Source of the DNA: Vicugna vicugna
Lineage: Eukaryota
DNA: 64,000 bases
Direction of reading: 5' to 3'
Assembly (NCBI GenBank): GCA_013265495.1
Contig: MU060195.1
Coordinates: forward strand, 62,001 to 126,000
Of the stretch, positions 10,591-22,150 are shown piece after piece (positions within the stretch are counted from its first letter, which is position 1; every line of letters begins with the position of its first letter). The notes beneath the pieces are model-generated. The model was not told the DNA's origin. It did no database searches and saw nothing but the letters and a program-made list of their open reading frames with translations. The translations under genes and the position numbers were made by a program.

Positions 10591-13384
10591 ATCTTGAGCA
10601 TCCCTGACTTAAAAAGAAAACAGGGTAGAAAGTGTGGCAAAGGGCTTAAGACAGAAGAAATACAGATCCAGAAGGTGCAGTGTAGGTGTCAGAGGTATCA
10701 GGCGGAGAGAATGGAGAGAAATCATCAGAAAAAGAAAAAGAAAGTCTCTTAAACTGAAGATGGACTTGAGTTATTAGGACAAAAGGGTCCACCAAGTGCC
10801 ACAAAGGGGAAGACTGTTAAAATGACGGCGATTTCACAGTCAAAGAAACAAGGGAAATTTTCCTTGAGCTAAAGATGGACTTAAATCACTAAGGAAAAAG
10901 TACACCCCAGTTTCCTGGATAAGATTATTAAAAGAAAACACATATATAGCTATGTCCTAGTCAAAACTCTGTAACTAGAAGAATCTAATTTTCTAGAAAC
11001 AAAACTGTTTCCCTAGCTGAGAAGGAGATTCAGACTAACACTGGACTTCCCGACTATAATCGTGACTACTAAGGGAGAAGTCAAACAGTTCATCAGAGTC
11101 CTGGAGAAGACGTGTCTACAACTGGCAGGCGAAATGCATGCTTCTTTGCGCTGGCAGGAAAGTGGCTGGCTAAATGATTATCTCATGCTTATGTGAAACA
11201 TGGTTTCCAATTGCCTTTTCTCATAAACATATTAAGCTGAGTTAAAGGAAATCTTCCAGAAAGTGACTGTGATTTCTCTCCTCTTGAGTAAAATTTCTTA
11301 ATCATTTCAGACTTTCTGTGGACTAGAGCATCGTAATAAAATGTATTAGGAAGACACTGCAAAAGCACACTGAAATATATAACTAGGTCTTAGAGCAGAA
11401 ATAAGCACACTGCAGTGTGTTCATGCGCTCAGCTGTAGCAAGACTGGCTCACGGTTGCTGTCAGACCTTGCACATTAATTTGAAGCAAGATCTATGTGTT
11501 TAATAAACGGAACCTGATTGATAGTGACCATCACGTGGGACAGAATGAAGTATACGTTTATATACATAAACCCTAACAGTTCCTGGAAGCTTCCCTTACA
11601 TGTTTCACTCCTCTGATCACCCTGGGGAGTCATCCCCACTGTCCTTTATCCGTTAGTGACAAACAAAAGACATGGTTAACGGGCAGTTGTGTTCCCTGGG
11701 ACTTTTGCTTTTGCAGCTGGTGTATTTGCCCCAGTTTTACATCCAAATCATAAAAAGTTCTCAGACATATTACTCATCAATTACTTCCACCCACCTATGG
11801 CTTTAGTGAAAGGCCTGTTCTTAGGCCGTTAGGAGAATACACCACTTCAGAATATTTATTTTACATCACCTATGTTGTCATCACACTAGAAATAGTGTGG
11901 GTGGAAAAGTCGCTTGTGCCACTGTGGACACCAGCACAAGGCAGATAAGAAAAAGCACCCATGTTACACAAATTTTAAATGTTCAAGTCAAATGACTTAC
12001 TCTCTTTCCTACAATGACAGTTGCCCTACTGAGTAAAACACAGTTCACATCCCACAATACACTGTAAAATCAGCACCAAATTGCTGGGGAAGACAACGTG
12101 CCGAGCGGCTGTCCATCTCTGTCTCCCCCGTGATCACTTTGGGTGCACACCCTGACATCAGTGCAGGCGTCCGTCTCTCCTCTGCTGCTGAGTCCCTGGT
12201 GCTGGAACCGGCGTCCATCTCTCCTGTGCTGCTAAGAGTGTCCCGATGTTTTGAACTTCCTCGAACCAACGTCCAGGTAAGACCCTCGTGCTTCTCGAGG
12301 GCTTTGTCTGATCATCGAACACCCACTGAGCATGGCCTTCGTGGTCTTTCCACCCAAAAGTCAGTCTAACATCCACACTCAGTGACGGCCGCGGTCCTGC
12401 TCACCACCTTCCGAGGGAGGGAGGGGTCAGCAGGTGTGCATTTCCTGTTCGACGCTGTTTCACAGCTTTCCTTGCTTGTAACAAGTACCTTCATATCTTT
12501 TAGCTTCCCTAGTAGCACTACACCTCTTGAGATTTCTGTGAAGGAGGTATCCTCAGATTAAAATCAGCTCTTTCAATGTCTTCACTGCAAGAAGGGAAAG
12601 GAATTAGGTGGGGAATGTCATCGAGTTTGGATAAAAATATCGCCCGTTGCTGCTGGAGTGGTGCAGGCGATCTGTGCTCAGCCCAGCAGGCACTGCGGGC
12701 TCTGCCCCCAAGGCCAGCAGCTCAAAGCAGAAGAGCCCACAAGCCAAGTCCTGCCGAGTTACAACAAATTGAGGTGGAATGTGCGCGAATTACAAAGACA
12801 ATCAGAACACACCACCCTTCCTCTGTTCTCCTGGAATAAACACTTAGAAACACACTTTGTATTTTGAAAACTAACTCATTCCCCCAAAGCGCAAGTTCCA
12901 AATGCTTCACCCGCGATGTCTGGAGCAATGGCGAGGCCACCCCCTGAGGGGGGCCTGGGAATGGAATAAGCTGGGACACTGTAGCTGCTGCAACATCTTC
13001 CGTTCACCCAGTGTGGCCAGATACCGTCCGTGTACAAGAGAAGCAGACAAAGGGACGTGGAAGAGGGGCTGCTTTCACAGACGGCCAACATCAATCCTCT
13101 CACCCTGCCTTGAAGTTTTCCCGGACACACGTGTCTCTTTCCACAGAGCATCGCCGGGCAGCACACGTCCCACAGGAAGCATCCTTTCCTCTGCAGCCGA
13201 AGCTCACGTGGTGCTGGCGCGCCTGGTTCACCAGGGGAGCTGTCAGCGCCACACACTCACAATGCACACGCAGACACGCCAGACACGGCGCTGTTTAACA
13301 CAGACCAAGCAATCCAAAATATAAGCATCTACCAGTTACAGTAAGACTTTAACCAAGCTGTGCTTTGTTTGAGGCTTCAGAATT

Positions 13385-13580
13385 TTTAATTCATTTACTA
13401 TAACCTTATATATATTTATAATTATATATTTTTATATTTATTTATATATAACCTTATATATATTTATATCTTTAATTTGCATTCTTTTCTGATGGACGTG
13501 TACTCAGTTTACAGTGTGGTGTCAATTTCTGGTGTACAGCATAAAGCTTCGATCATACAGATACACACCTATGTTTGTTT
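13385..13580 (-). mobile_element. Short camelid L1 3' end with an AT-rich degenerate tail
   Basis: CAGTTTACAGTGTGGTGTCAATTTCTGGTGTACAGCATAAAG. The tail contains TATAACCTTATATATATTTA twice. Confidence 0.75.
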
Positions 13581-13849
13581 TTATATAATGTTATATTATT
13601 TTTAACATTTATAATGAGGAAGTTTTTACCTTTCTATTAGAAATGGATTTAAAAACTAAACAATGAGTCAAGATGAGGGAAATAAAGGGGGAAAGCATGC
13701 AAAATAGCACTGCTCCTGGAAGGGTGTTCACCGAGCTGCTGACTGATGGTGTTCATATGTTTCAATTATATAAACGTCATAGTGTGTAAGTTATTACTAA
13801 CCACATGTACTGTCTTTTCTAATCCACGGCCAAGTTTGGAAGCCAGTGG

Positions 13850-13955
13850 TTTACAGGACAAAGTCCTCACTTACCCATCCCTGTGGACGTTGCTGCAGTG
13901 CAGAGATAGTCACTTGTTGGATAAATATAAATACATACGAATAAATGAATGAAGT
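13850..13955 (+). mobile_element. L2 3' end remnant
   Basis: Ends in ...ATAAATGAATGAA after a degenerate L2 terminal segment. Confidence 0.35.
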
Positions 13956-14819
13956 TTTGAACAGCATCATACAACTATCATACATTTTCTTTGGAGAAAA
14001 AGAAGCTAACAGCAGTCACGGTGCCCAGGAAGCGCTGACATGAGCATTATGGGCCAGGAGCCCCTTCGAGCCGAGAGGGAGAGCCAGACCAACCCACTTC
14101 CTGAATAAAGTTTAGAAATGGATGGAGGCGTTCCTTCCATCCCTCCACCCCACCCAGCCCCGTCTCGACTTCACATTCAGGCACCCAGGGCTCTGCTGTT
14201 CTCTCCCACTTTCAACAAAACCTGCTTTCAGCAGAGTCCTAGCTCCCTGTCCTGTCCGCGCCGGCACGAGTCCGGCTCCTGTCCCCGTCCGGTGTGGGGG
14301 GAGGGGACCTGGGACGATCTCCTGGGACGATCTCCTGCTTTGCAGTCGGGCTCTTTGGACGCCAAAGCCACGCCCGGGGGCCTGGGAGGGAACGCCCGTG
14401 GGCGCGACTGCGAGATCACAGCAGCTGGTGCGCAAATGCGGTCTTTGAAATGGACGTGGGTGCTGGCTGTCAGCTACGCATTTTGGAAGAGTGGGTGGGT
14501 TACGGCCACAGAAGCAGCTCAGACACCCCCGATGTGGAAAAATGGCTCCGGAACCACGCATGTGGGCCCTACGGATGGCGCTGGGTGATCCCACCCCGAC
14601 CCCCGGCCACTCTCACCAGGGGTGAGCCAGGCGGGAAAGAAGGCGGTGTCTGGAGGCCAGTCTGAGGCCATGGGGCCTGCCGCTGGCCCAGCTGTTCGCG
14701 TCCTCACCGAGCCTGCCCTGGGCCTTGCCTCTCAGCCGCTGGGCCTCCCGGGCCCTCTCCTGCCTCGGTTTTCCCCACGGCTCTCCTCGGTGTGTGGTCT
14801 CCTGCGTATTTCTCATTTG

Positions 14820-14960
14820 TCTTTTTTATGGTCTGTTCACCTTCATTGAAGCATAAGACCCATTAGGGCAGGAATTTTTGTGGTTTTGTTTACTGCTGTG
14901 ACCTCAGTGCCTAAAACCGTCTGGCACACACTAGGTGCTCAATAAATGCATGTTAACTAG
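14820..14960 (+). mobile_element. L2 3' end
   Basis: AGGGCAGGAATTTTTGTGGTTTTGTTTACTGCTGTGACCTCAGTGCCTAAAACCGTCTGGCACACACTAGGTGCTCAATAAATG. Confidence 0.75.
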
Positions 14961-15224
14961 ACAAACTATTGTACAAAGACTCCATAATTGCAGTAAATGG
15001 TGATTGGCTTGGTGTTTTATGATGGAGGACGATCTGTCAGCCAGGAGGGGCAGAAAGCTTGGCGGAGTGTGAGCGCTGAGGGTGGGGGATTGGCCGGAGT
15101 CAGCCGGGCGAGGGGGCGGCACACATCAGGCCAAGTGCCAGCACAGTGAGGCCAGAAGTCTGTGCTCTGAGACCCCAAGAAGGTGGTTACTGCCGGAGAA
15201 ACGAACAGAGAGGGTGATCTAGAC

Positions 15225-15460
15225 CTGGATGAACAGTGGGCAGGAGCTCAGACCTGGAGGGCATCGCGCCCTGCAGGCATTTTGGAGTTTGTCCTGCAAG
15301 AGTGAGGGGCCATGTAGTCACTTTAAGCAGGGAAGTGGTGTTATTAGACCAGCAGTTCAGAACTCGGACTCCGGGATGGAGAACGCCTGGAGGAGGGCTG
15401 GGCCAAGTGAGAGGCCCCTGCTCTGGTAAAGTGTGTGCCCCAACGAGAGACAGAACGTGA
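15225..15460 (-). mobile_element. L2 fragment
   Basis: TTTGGAGTTTGTCCTGCAAGAGTGAGGGGCCATGTAGTCACTTTAAGCAGGGAAGTG resembles antisense L2. Confidence 0.55.
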
Positions 15461-15469
15461 ACCATCGCA

Positions 15470-15580
15470 TTGTGCATTTCAACTCAAAGAACTTATTTTT
15501 TTCCACATTTTAAAATTTCTGAAGTGGGGATAGGTTATAACCAACAGTGCCTTAAACCTGAACGACATGATAAGACGCAT
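15470..15580. mobile_element. Possible TcMar-Tigger MITE remnant
   Basis: TTTTTCCACATTTTAAAATTTCTGAAGTGGGGATAGGTTATAACC resembles the recalled Tigger-type motif ttttcacattttaacatctctgaaatcgggatgcgtcttac. Confidence 0.35.
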
Positions 15581-15662
15581 AGGAGAGGTGCTGTGATGAG
15601 GGAGACGTCATGGCGCAGCAGGGAGGGCACGGAAGGCCTTTGGGCCGAGTGGTCAGATTCAG

Positions 15663-15800
15663 CTGTTAGTGGGAGCAAAATTTGGTGCAGCCACTTTGGA
15701 AAATTGTATGGAGATTCCTTAAAAACTAAAAATAGACTTAGCACATGATCCAGCAACCCCACTCCTGCGCATAGATCCGAGGGAACCCTAATACGCATTC
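15663..15800 (+). mobile_element. L1 ORF2-end fragment
   Basis: TTGGTGCAGCCACTTTGGAAAATTGTATGGAGATTCCTTAAAAACTAAAAATAGAC...ATGATCCAGCAACCCCACTCCTG. Confidence 0.8.
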
Positions 15801-16072
15801 CCCAGTCTGTCGCCTGTGGCGTGCACCTGTCTTCCTGATCAGCTCACACCTGTGCCCAGGTGCGGCCCAGGCCAGCCTGGGGGGAGGTCAGGGACAAGCC
15901 CAGGGGCCGTCGGGATTCCCTCCAGGGAAGTCCCCTGTCTTCCCCAGAGTGCTTGGTCGTTTTCTCCTGCCAACTCACCTCTCTCTCTTTTCCCTGAATT
16001 TTTACCTAATTCATACATAGGACACATTCTCTTATTTTCTCTCTCACACTCTGTCTCCTGTACTTGCCTTCC

Positions 16073-16255
16073 ACACCCACGCACACACACATACACACAC
16101 ACACCCGTGCCCACACACCCACGCACACACACACAGACACACACGTGCACACACTCGCACACATGCGCGTGCACAGACACACATGCACACACACCACACA
16201 AGACACACGCACACACAGGCACGCACACACCCACGCACACACAACAAGATGCACG
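16073..16255. repeat. Imperfect (CA)n-rich simple repeat
   Basis: About 180 bp of CACA/CACG/CATA variants. Confidence 0.9.
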
Positions 16256-16934
16256 CACTGTTAGGGAAAGCCCTGTTTCCGTCCGCCTGCTTTGGGCACA
16301 GCATCTAGTGATTCTGGAAAGAAGGTCTTTTCTGGAGAATGCCGACGAGCGACAGCCGACTCCCACAGAAAGGCCACTCTGCGCCGTCCTCTCCCAAGGG
16401 CTGGCTAAACACTAACCCACTCTACCCCCGCCCCCCCAGTAAGGAAGGGACCTCTACTGCCCGCATTGTATAAATACAGAACCAAGGAACAGCAAGCGCG
16501 TGCAGAGCTTCTGTCACAGAACCAGGGATGGCAAAAGCCAGGGTTCGGACCCACTGGCAGGGCCTCTGCCCCAGGGCGCCTCTGGCTGGCGCAGGGGAGA
16601 CGCGCTCCGAGTGTGGAAGGGGTTGAGCTTGGTCTCCGGGGAGGGTGCTTTTCCACTTCCAGCTCCACATTTCAGGAAGCCGGTGTGCCTATCACCACGC
16701 AGCTCATGATTCCATGGATTTGAACAGAACTCGACTCAAATCAAACCCCTCAGCTCACAGCGGTGCACCAGCCGGTGGAGTCTGGCTTGTGTGGGGAGGG
16801 TAGTTTTGCCGCTGCACTTGGCACTGTGACATCTGACACTTGTGTTTTACATCAGAGCTAGAGAAGCAACTTGACCTGAGCGACTGTCCTGTGAAACATG
16901 CTGGGGGGTCCTGCCCTCCCACTTACAAGGTACG

Positions 16935-17077
16935 TGCCCCTGTGCCTCAGCTTCCACATCTGTAAAATGGGCATAATAGTGACACTTATTTTGTAGGGTT
17001 GAGGATGAAAGGAGTTCATACATGGTAAGCTCCTGGGACAGTGCCTGACACATCATAGACTCTTAAAAGCATTAGCG
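16935..17077 (+). mobile_element. MIR SINE (3' half)
   Basis: CTGTGCCTCAGCTTCCACATCTGTAAAATGGGCATAATAG...CAGTGCCTGACACAT. Confidence 0.85.
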
Positions 17078-17079
17078 AC

Positions 17080-17215
17080 CGCTTCACCCGAGCAGGCGCT
17101 ATTCTAACCCCACTGTTTAGAGAAGACTGGGGCTGGAGAAAGTGGTGACTTGCGCCAGGTCACACAGCAGGTGGTTGGAGCAATGTCTCACTCCAAACCA
17201 AGTGCTCTCCTCACA
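17080..17215 (-). mobile_element. MIR SINE, opposite orientation to the adjacent copy
   Basis: GTGACTTGCGCCAGGTCACACAGC and the preceding core-like sequence. Confidence 0.7.
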
Positions 17216-20200
17216 GCCCGCAGTCTTCCAGAGAGGTCAGCAGGGCACAGCTGCATCTTGCAGTTTGTGCTGACCTCTCACCACGTCCCTCGTCCTCTCT
17301 TCTCCGCCCCCAAGGACGCACGTTACGGTGTCCTTTCACCCGCAGCACGACCCAGACGAAGGCAGCAAAGTTGCTGGTTCACCACGTGCTCATTTTGGAA
17401 TTGCCAAACGATGCTAACATTCAATGTTTCTCAAGAATATGAGCACCCCCAGACTGAGGTATAACATCCTAAATTATTCAGTGTTCCACAGTGACTTCCT
17501 TACTTCTCCAACGTCATGTTTAGAAATTCTGCTGAGTGGCAGCCTGTCATTGGAGGCGGCCGTGGGATAAGAAGCAGAGAGAGGCAGCCCAGCCATGGGG
17601 AGCTGACCTTCTGCCCTTGCCTGTGGCTGCACGGGGGCACTCTCCAGAGAGTCGAGGCAGGGCCAGCCCGTGGCCGGGAAGGTGACGCCCTGCCAGAGCT
17701 GCAAGCACACACAGTCAGCGGACAGACCCCAAAGGAGGCACCGCCCCCCTCCCGCCCTCTCTCAGGCAATCCAGTGAGACTCATCGCCCCTCCAAGCTGC
17801 TCACGCCTGGACTCCTGGTCTCACCTGTGTGCGCACAGGAGGCACTGGAGTGGGGGAAGGGACGGGAAAATCATCGCTGCTAAGGACAGCCCTGCACGAA
17901 TCGTGGGCTTCTGAACATGCCACGTTCAACAGGCACAGGAGGGGACGTACCGGAAATTCTCCCCACTTTATCTTGAAACTTACAGTGTACGAGAGGCACT
18001 GCGGCCACATCCAGTTTCTGCTGGAATGGGATCAAAAAGAAGCTAAGTTCATGTGTGCACAGGACAGTGTTTTGTAGAGGATGGGCCCTGAAATATGACC
18101 TTGATTTTGAGGAAGGAGTGGGTAGCAGAAGGCTGACTGTTCTTGTACTGTAAGAACGGTTGTGGGGACAGAGTGGGGCCTGAGGTGTGGCGTGCTTGGG
18201 AGCCGAGGGCTGTTCAGTGGTGTGGGTGTCACAGCTGGCGACGCAAACCTGTGGAGGCCGCGGGAAAACAACGCGACGAATACTCAAACAAAAGACAATC
18301 CACCTGATGCCCTCGACACTAAAAGTCCCCAGATGCTAAGCTGAGACTCCAAAGTTGCCTCTTCCTTCAGAACAGCTCTACCATACGAGGGGCGCCCAGG
18401 ACGTGCTATTATCCTGCACCCGAAAGAATGGCGATTGTAAGTCTGTGGAGATAGCGCCTAACCCCACATTCCACCTTGGCTAATAGAGAAAATGATATCT
18501 TCATTCATCATATAACTTGAACAGTGGGTGATCAAACAGTCACTGACATGAGTTTCAGCGATACGTATTAACTCAAAGAGAGGGGATTAGCATCTTTCTA
18601 TCTTTGATTTGTTTCTCAAAGCCTTCTTGTGACAGGCACCTTTGACCCTGTCTGGGCACGTTTCATGCAGCTTTTCGTACAGACTGGTCAGAAGATTACC
18701 TCCGAGAGCCACCTGGGAGGAGCACGGTGCTCGCTAGACCGGACAAGAGAAAGCACAGTGTCACAATGTAAATACCAGTGTGCAAAATAGAAATTGGTGT
18801 AAAAAGCTGGATTTTACCAAGAGACGGATACTCCACAAATTTCACCATGAGATGATTCATAAATCTCACAGTAGTATGCTTTTCATTTTAATATAGTTTG
18901 ATTATGTTGCAATATTTTTCCAAAATGAAAGTAGAATGTGGCTCAGAAGTAAGTCTGCTTTATATATGCATAGATTCTGATTTCATCTCGGGGGAAAGAT
19001 CTACTGGGGACTACAGAAGTTGCAAAAGCAATATAGAATGCACAAGCTAACGTGCAACTCAGGGACCCGTTAAAAGAACAAATTTGTGCATAAGGTCCCT
19101 TGACTTCAAGAATGGTCATAAATGTGTTCGCAGTACCACTTTGTCTTAAAACTACACCTGAAACACACACACACAGACTCAAAGTCAAGCGGATAATTAA
19201 CTTGACCGTCCAGTGCGGAAGGGCATCTCTTCTCAAACCCTGATTCTCTCCCCAGCTCATCACGGACTTCATTTTTAGGATTTTTGAGGCAAAAGAAGAA
19301 GGCTTCTTGGCTAGCTCCTCGAGTCCCCTCCCTCACGCTGACACAGCCCCCGGAGGCTCGGGCAGGGAAGCGGCGGCTCCTCCGTCTCCTTCCCGATGCA
19401 ATGATCCCCCTCCCACTTCACTGCTTCCTCCTGAAGCCTGCGGTGCTTTGCCTCAGGCTGTCTCTCTTCTTAAGGGAAACTGGACACAGCTTAAGCAGTT
19501 GACGATTCTGACTTCCACGGTCCGTTAAGACAGCACCGCAGCTACCAGCCCAGGGACCCCCCAGGAGAGCCCAGATGCTGCACCGTGGCGAGCCTCCACT
19601 TCCGGGCATCTGCGTCTCCCAGACGGGCCGTGGACCACACTGCCCAGGGGCCAACAGCACACGCAGCAGCCTTGTTGGTCTGATAGAAGAGGGACGGCCC
19701 CATTTCTGTTCAAATCCGGTAATTAATTCCTCTTCCCACACCCCCTGGTCCCTTCTCATGCCATGTCAGACCAATGGTCAAAAAAGAAAAAGAAAAACAA
19801 AGGCAGAAGGCTGCATGCACAGGGCTAACGAGTGAGGCAAGCAGCTCCCTGCCTCCGGTGTCTTAGCAGCATCGCTTCTCCTCAGCGTGACCAGCTGGCA
19901 GGTGTGATGGGCCAGGAGCCCAAGAGCGTCACCTGCTCGCCAAGGCCTGTCCTCACTCTCCTCTCCCACCACGATCTTCTGACAGTTCTTGCAAAAAACG
20001 CTTTTTGAAAAGAGAGCGAAGGGGCCTAGTACACCATCTGAGTTCAAAGCTTCAGGTAAGACACTGACCGAGCCGCAGTCCTCTCCTCTGCTCATGACTC
20101 TCCACTGGTGGGTTCACTCCACCTCTCTCCCAAGACGGCACCTCAGCTCCCAGGAACAGGACTGTGGCCAGCGCTCAGCGGCCTCCCGTCCCCGCCACGC

Positions 20201-20809
20201 TGACCGCACAGGAAGTCATCGCCCCGGTGAGGCGGACTCACCAGTGGCAGAATCAGCCCCCAGCTGCTCTGGGAAGAACTCAGATTAGTCACAACTCCAG
20301 CCTGCAGAGAGGCCAGCTTCAGCCTCTGCCAGAAAAATCCAGGCCCCTGGCCAGGCCTGCCCTCCTGCTAACGTGTTCAGATGATCACTCAGTATCTTGG
20401 AGAGAAAAGGGAACAATACCGCTCAGTCTGTGAAACTAGGCACTGTCTGTACAGAAACAAGATACTCTGATTTTTTTTTTCTGGAATTCCGGACTTAAGG
20501 AGAATCCCAGACCAGGATGCAGGAAGGTCTCCTGGATGACCTTCTGCCTGTTTCCTGCCAAAGGAGGAGTGGGCTCCCGAGACCATCCAGCAGGTCGGGA
20601 GGAAGTCGGGGCTGCCGCGCTCCAGAAATCTCAGGGCTGCACGAGATTTCCCCGTGAGGTAAGATCTCGGTGCTTCTGACCAGGTCATGGTTTAACGAGA
20701 AAAGAGATAAATGCTTAAAATTTCACCATGGATTCAGAGTTAAAAGGCAAGAAGGCAAAAAAAAAAAATCTCTTTACAGACAATAAGCTTTAGAAATATC
20801 AAGGGCTCC

Positions 20810-21085
20810 TAGAAAACAAACTTACGGTCGCTGGGGGGAGGAGGTGGGGAGGGATAAACGGGAGCTCGAGAGTTGCAGACACTGACTACTGCATATAAAA
20901 GAGATAAACAACAGGCTGCTTCTGTCCAGCACAGGGAACTGTATTCAGTACCTTGTAGTGACCTGTAATGAAAAGGAACATGAAAACAAATACATGTATT
21001 CGCATGTGTGACTGGGACACGATGCTGCACACCAGAAAGTGACCCACTGTAACTGACTCTATTTCGATTAAAAAGGGAAAAAGAG
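20810..21085 (+). mobile_element. Camelid L1 3' end
   Basis: AGAAAACAAACTTACGGTCGC...AGCACAGGGAACTGTATTCAGTACCTTGTAGTGACC...GCTGCACACCAGAAAGTGACCCACTGTAACTGACT followed by an A tail. Confidence 0.9.
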
Positions 21086-21894
21086 CCCCTGTGTGGAGCA
21101 GGGGTCTACCAGATGTGTCAGCAGAGCCTGGACTCCGAGAGCTGGGCAAGCGGTGCTGGCTGTGAAGCAGACTGGAACGCGGGCTGTGTGGTGTGGTCAG
21201 CGTGCCGCGTTGACCCGGGGCCTCTCCTGTGACGGGAGGGAACTGAATGTCTGTGCAGTGCCCTCATCTCGCCCCACCTCTGGGTGTGCCTTGGCTCATT
21301 AAAAAAAAGGCAAAAGGATCTATTTATTCAACAGTTTTAGCGGAAGAGCAAAAGCCAGCATTTATATGGTCCCTTTGGTCCTCACAGCGACATGACCTGT
21401 GAAATACTACGATCCTAACAGGTGAGGAAATTATAAAAAGAGACTTCCTGAGGTTCAATTTCAGATAAAAGTGATGGATCTGCCTTCTGGTGGGAGAAAC
21501 AAAGCAGGTGGGCCTTCCCTTGTCTTGAGAGAGACTTGGACCCTCTGCTGCCGCTCCTACGGACGTCTGAGGAGTATTTCCCACCTACTTCTTCAGCAAA
21601 GATCATCTCGGTTTCCTAAATGTTCCAAGTCGCCTTCCCCCGTGTCTCAGCCTTCTCCCCGCCCGAGCGCGGGACCTCAGTCTGGAGCCCTTTGTCTGTG
21701 GATCCCGCTCACCTCCTGGGGGTGGCGGCCTCAAGCTCTGTCGTCTGTGCTGATAGCTCAGTGTTTGCTTGTAAGTGTTTCCACGCTTTGTGTGTATGTT
21801 AAGAGCATGCACAGACTTTTACGTAGTTGGAAACACAATGATTATACGGTTTTCTGTCATCTCTTCTTTTATTCAGATTTACATAAGATCCACT

Positions 21895-21970
21895 TAATAA
21901 TAAACATCATGATAAAAGCTTCTGCAAACTAGGGATAGAAGGAATTTTCCTTAATCTGATGGGAAGAGTA
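21895..21970 (+). mobile_element. L1M ORF2 fragment
   Basis: CATGATAAAAGCTTCTGCAAACTAGGGATAGAAGGAATTTTCCTTAATCTGAT. Confidence 0.55.
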
Positions 21971-22029
21971 TTTTATGCTTTTCAATTTTCTTCTATTTTC
22001 TCACTTCTTTTTCTCTTTCTGCGTTTTGT

Positions 22030-22150
22030 TTGTCTTTTTATTCAGGTGTAATTGACTACAACACTGTGTCAGCTCTGGGTACCCAGCACAGTGATTCAAT
22101 ACTTCTGTACAGAATGACCACCAGCATAAGTCCAGTTGTCCTCATTGTCC
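22030..22150 (-). mobile_element. L1MA-like 3' end
   Basis: TTTTATTCAGGTGTAATTGACTACAACACTGTG...AATGACCACCAGCATAAGTCCAGTT. Confidence 0.6.

Larger units (their letters stand above)
9880..11130 (+). mobile_element. HAL1/L1ME ORF1-like fragment interrupted by a young L1
   Basis: GAAGAAATACAGATCCAGAAGG, GGAAATTTTCCTTGAGCTAAAGATGGACTT and GGAGATTCAGACTAACACTGGACTTCCC resemble the HAL1 ORF1 region. The match continues on both sides of 10138-10590. Confidence 0.6.

Noticed and set aside
11406-11419. 14-bp palindrome CACACTGCAGTGTG
   Set aside because: Several palindromes of this length are expected by chance, and there is no supporting context.
14308-14337. 13-bp tandem duplication CCTGGGACGATCT (also CCAGTAACTGC twice at 275-301)
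   Set aside because: Ordinary slippage duplications with two copies and no spacers; not CRISPR-like or a VNTR.
15816-16415. Long HT/CV-rich ORFs
   Set aside because: Translations of the (CA)n-rich repeat.
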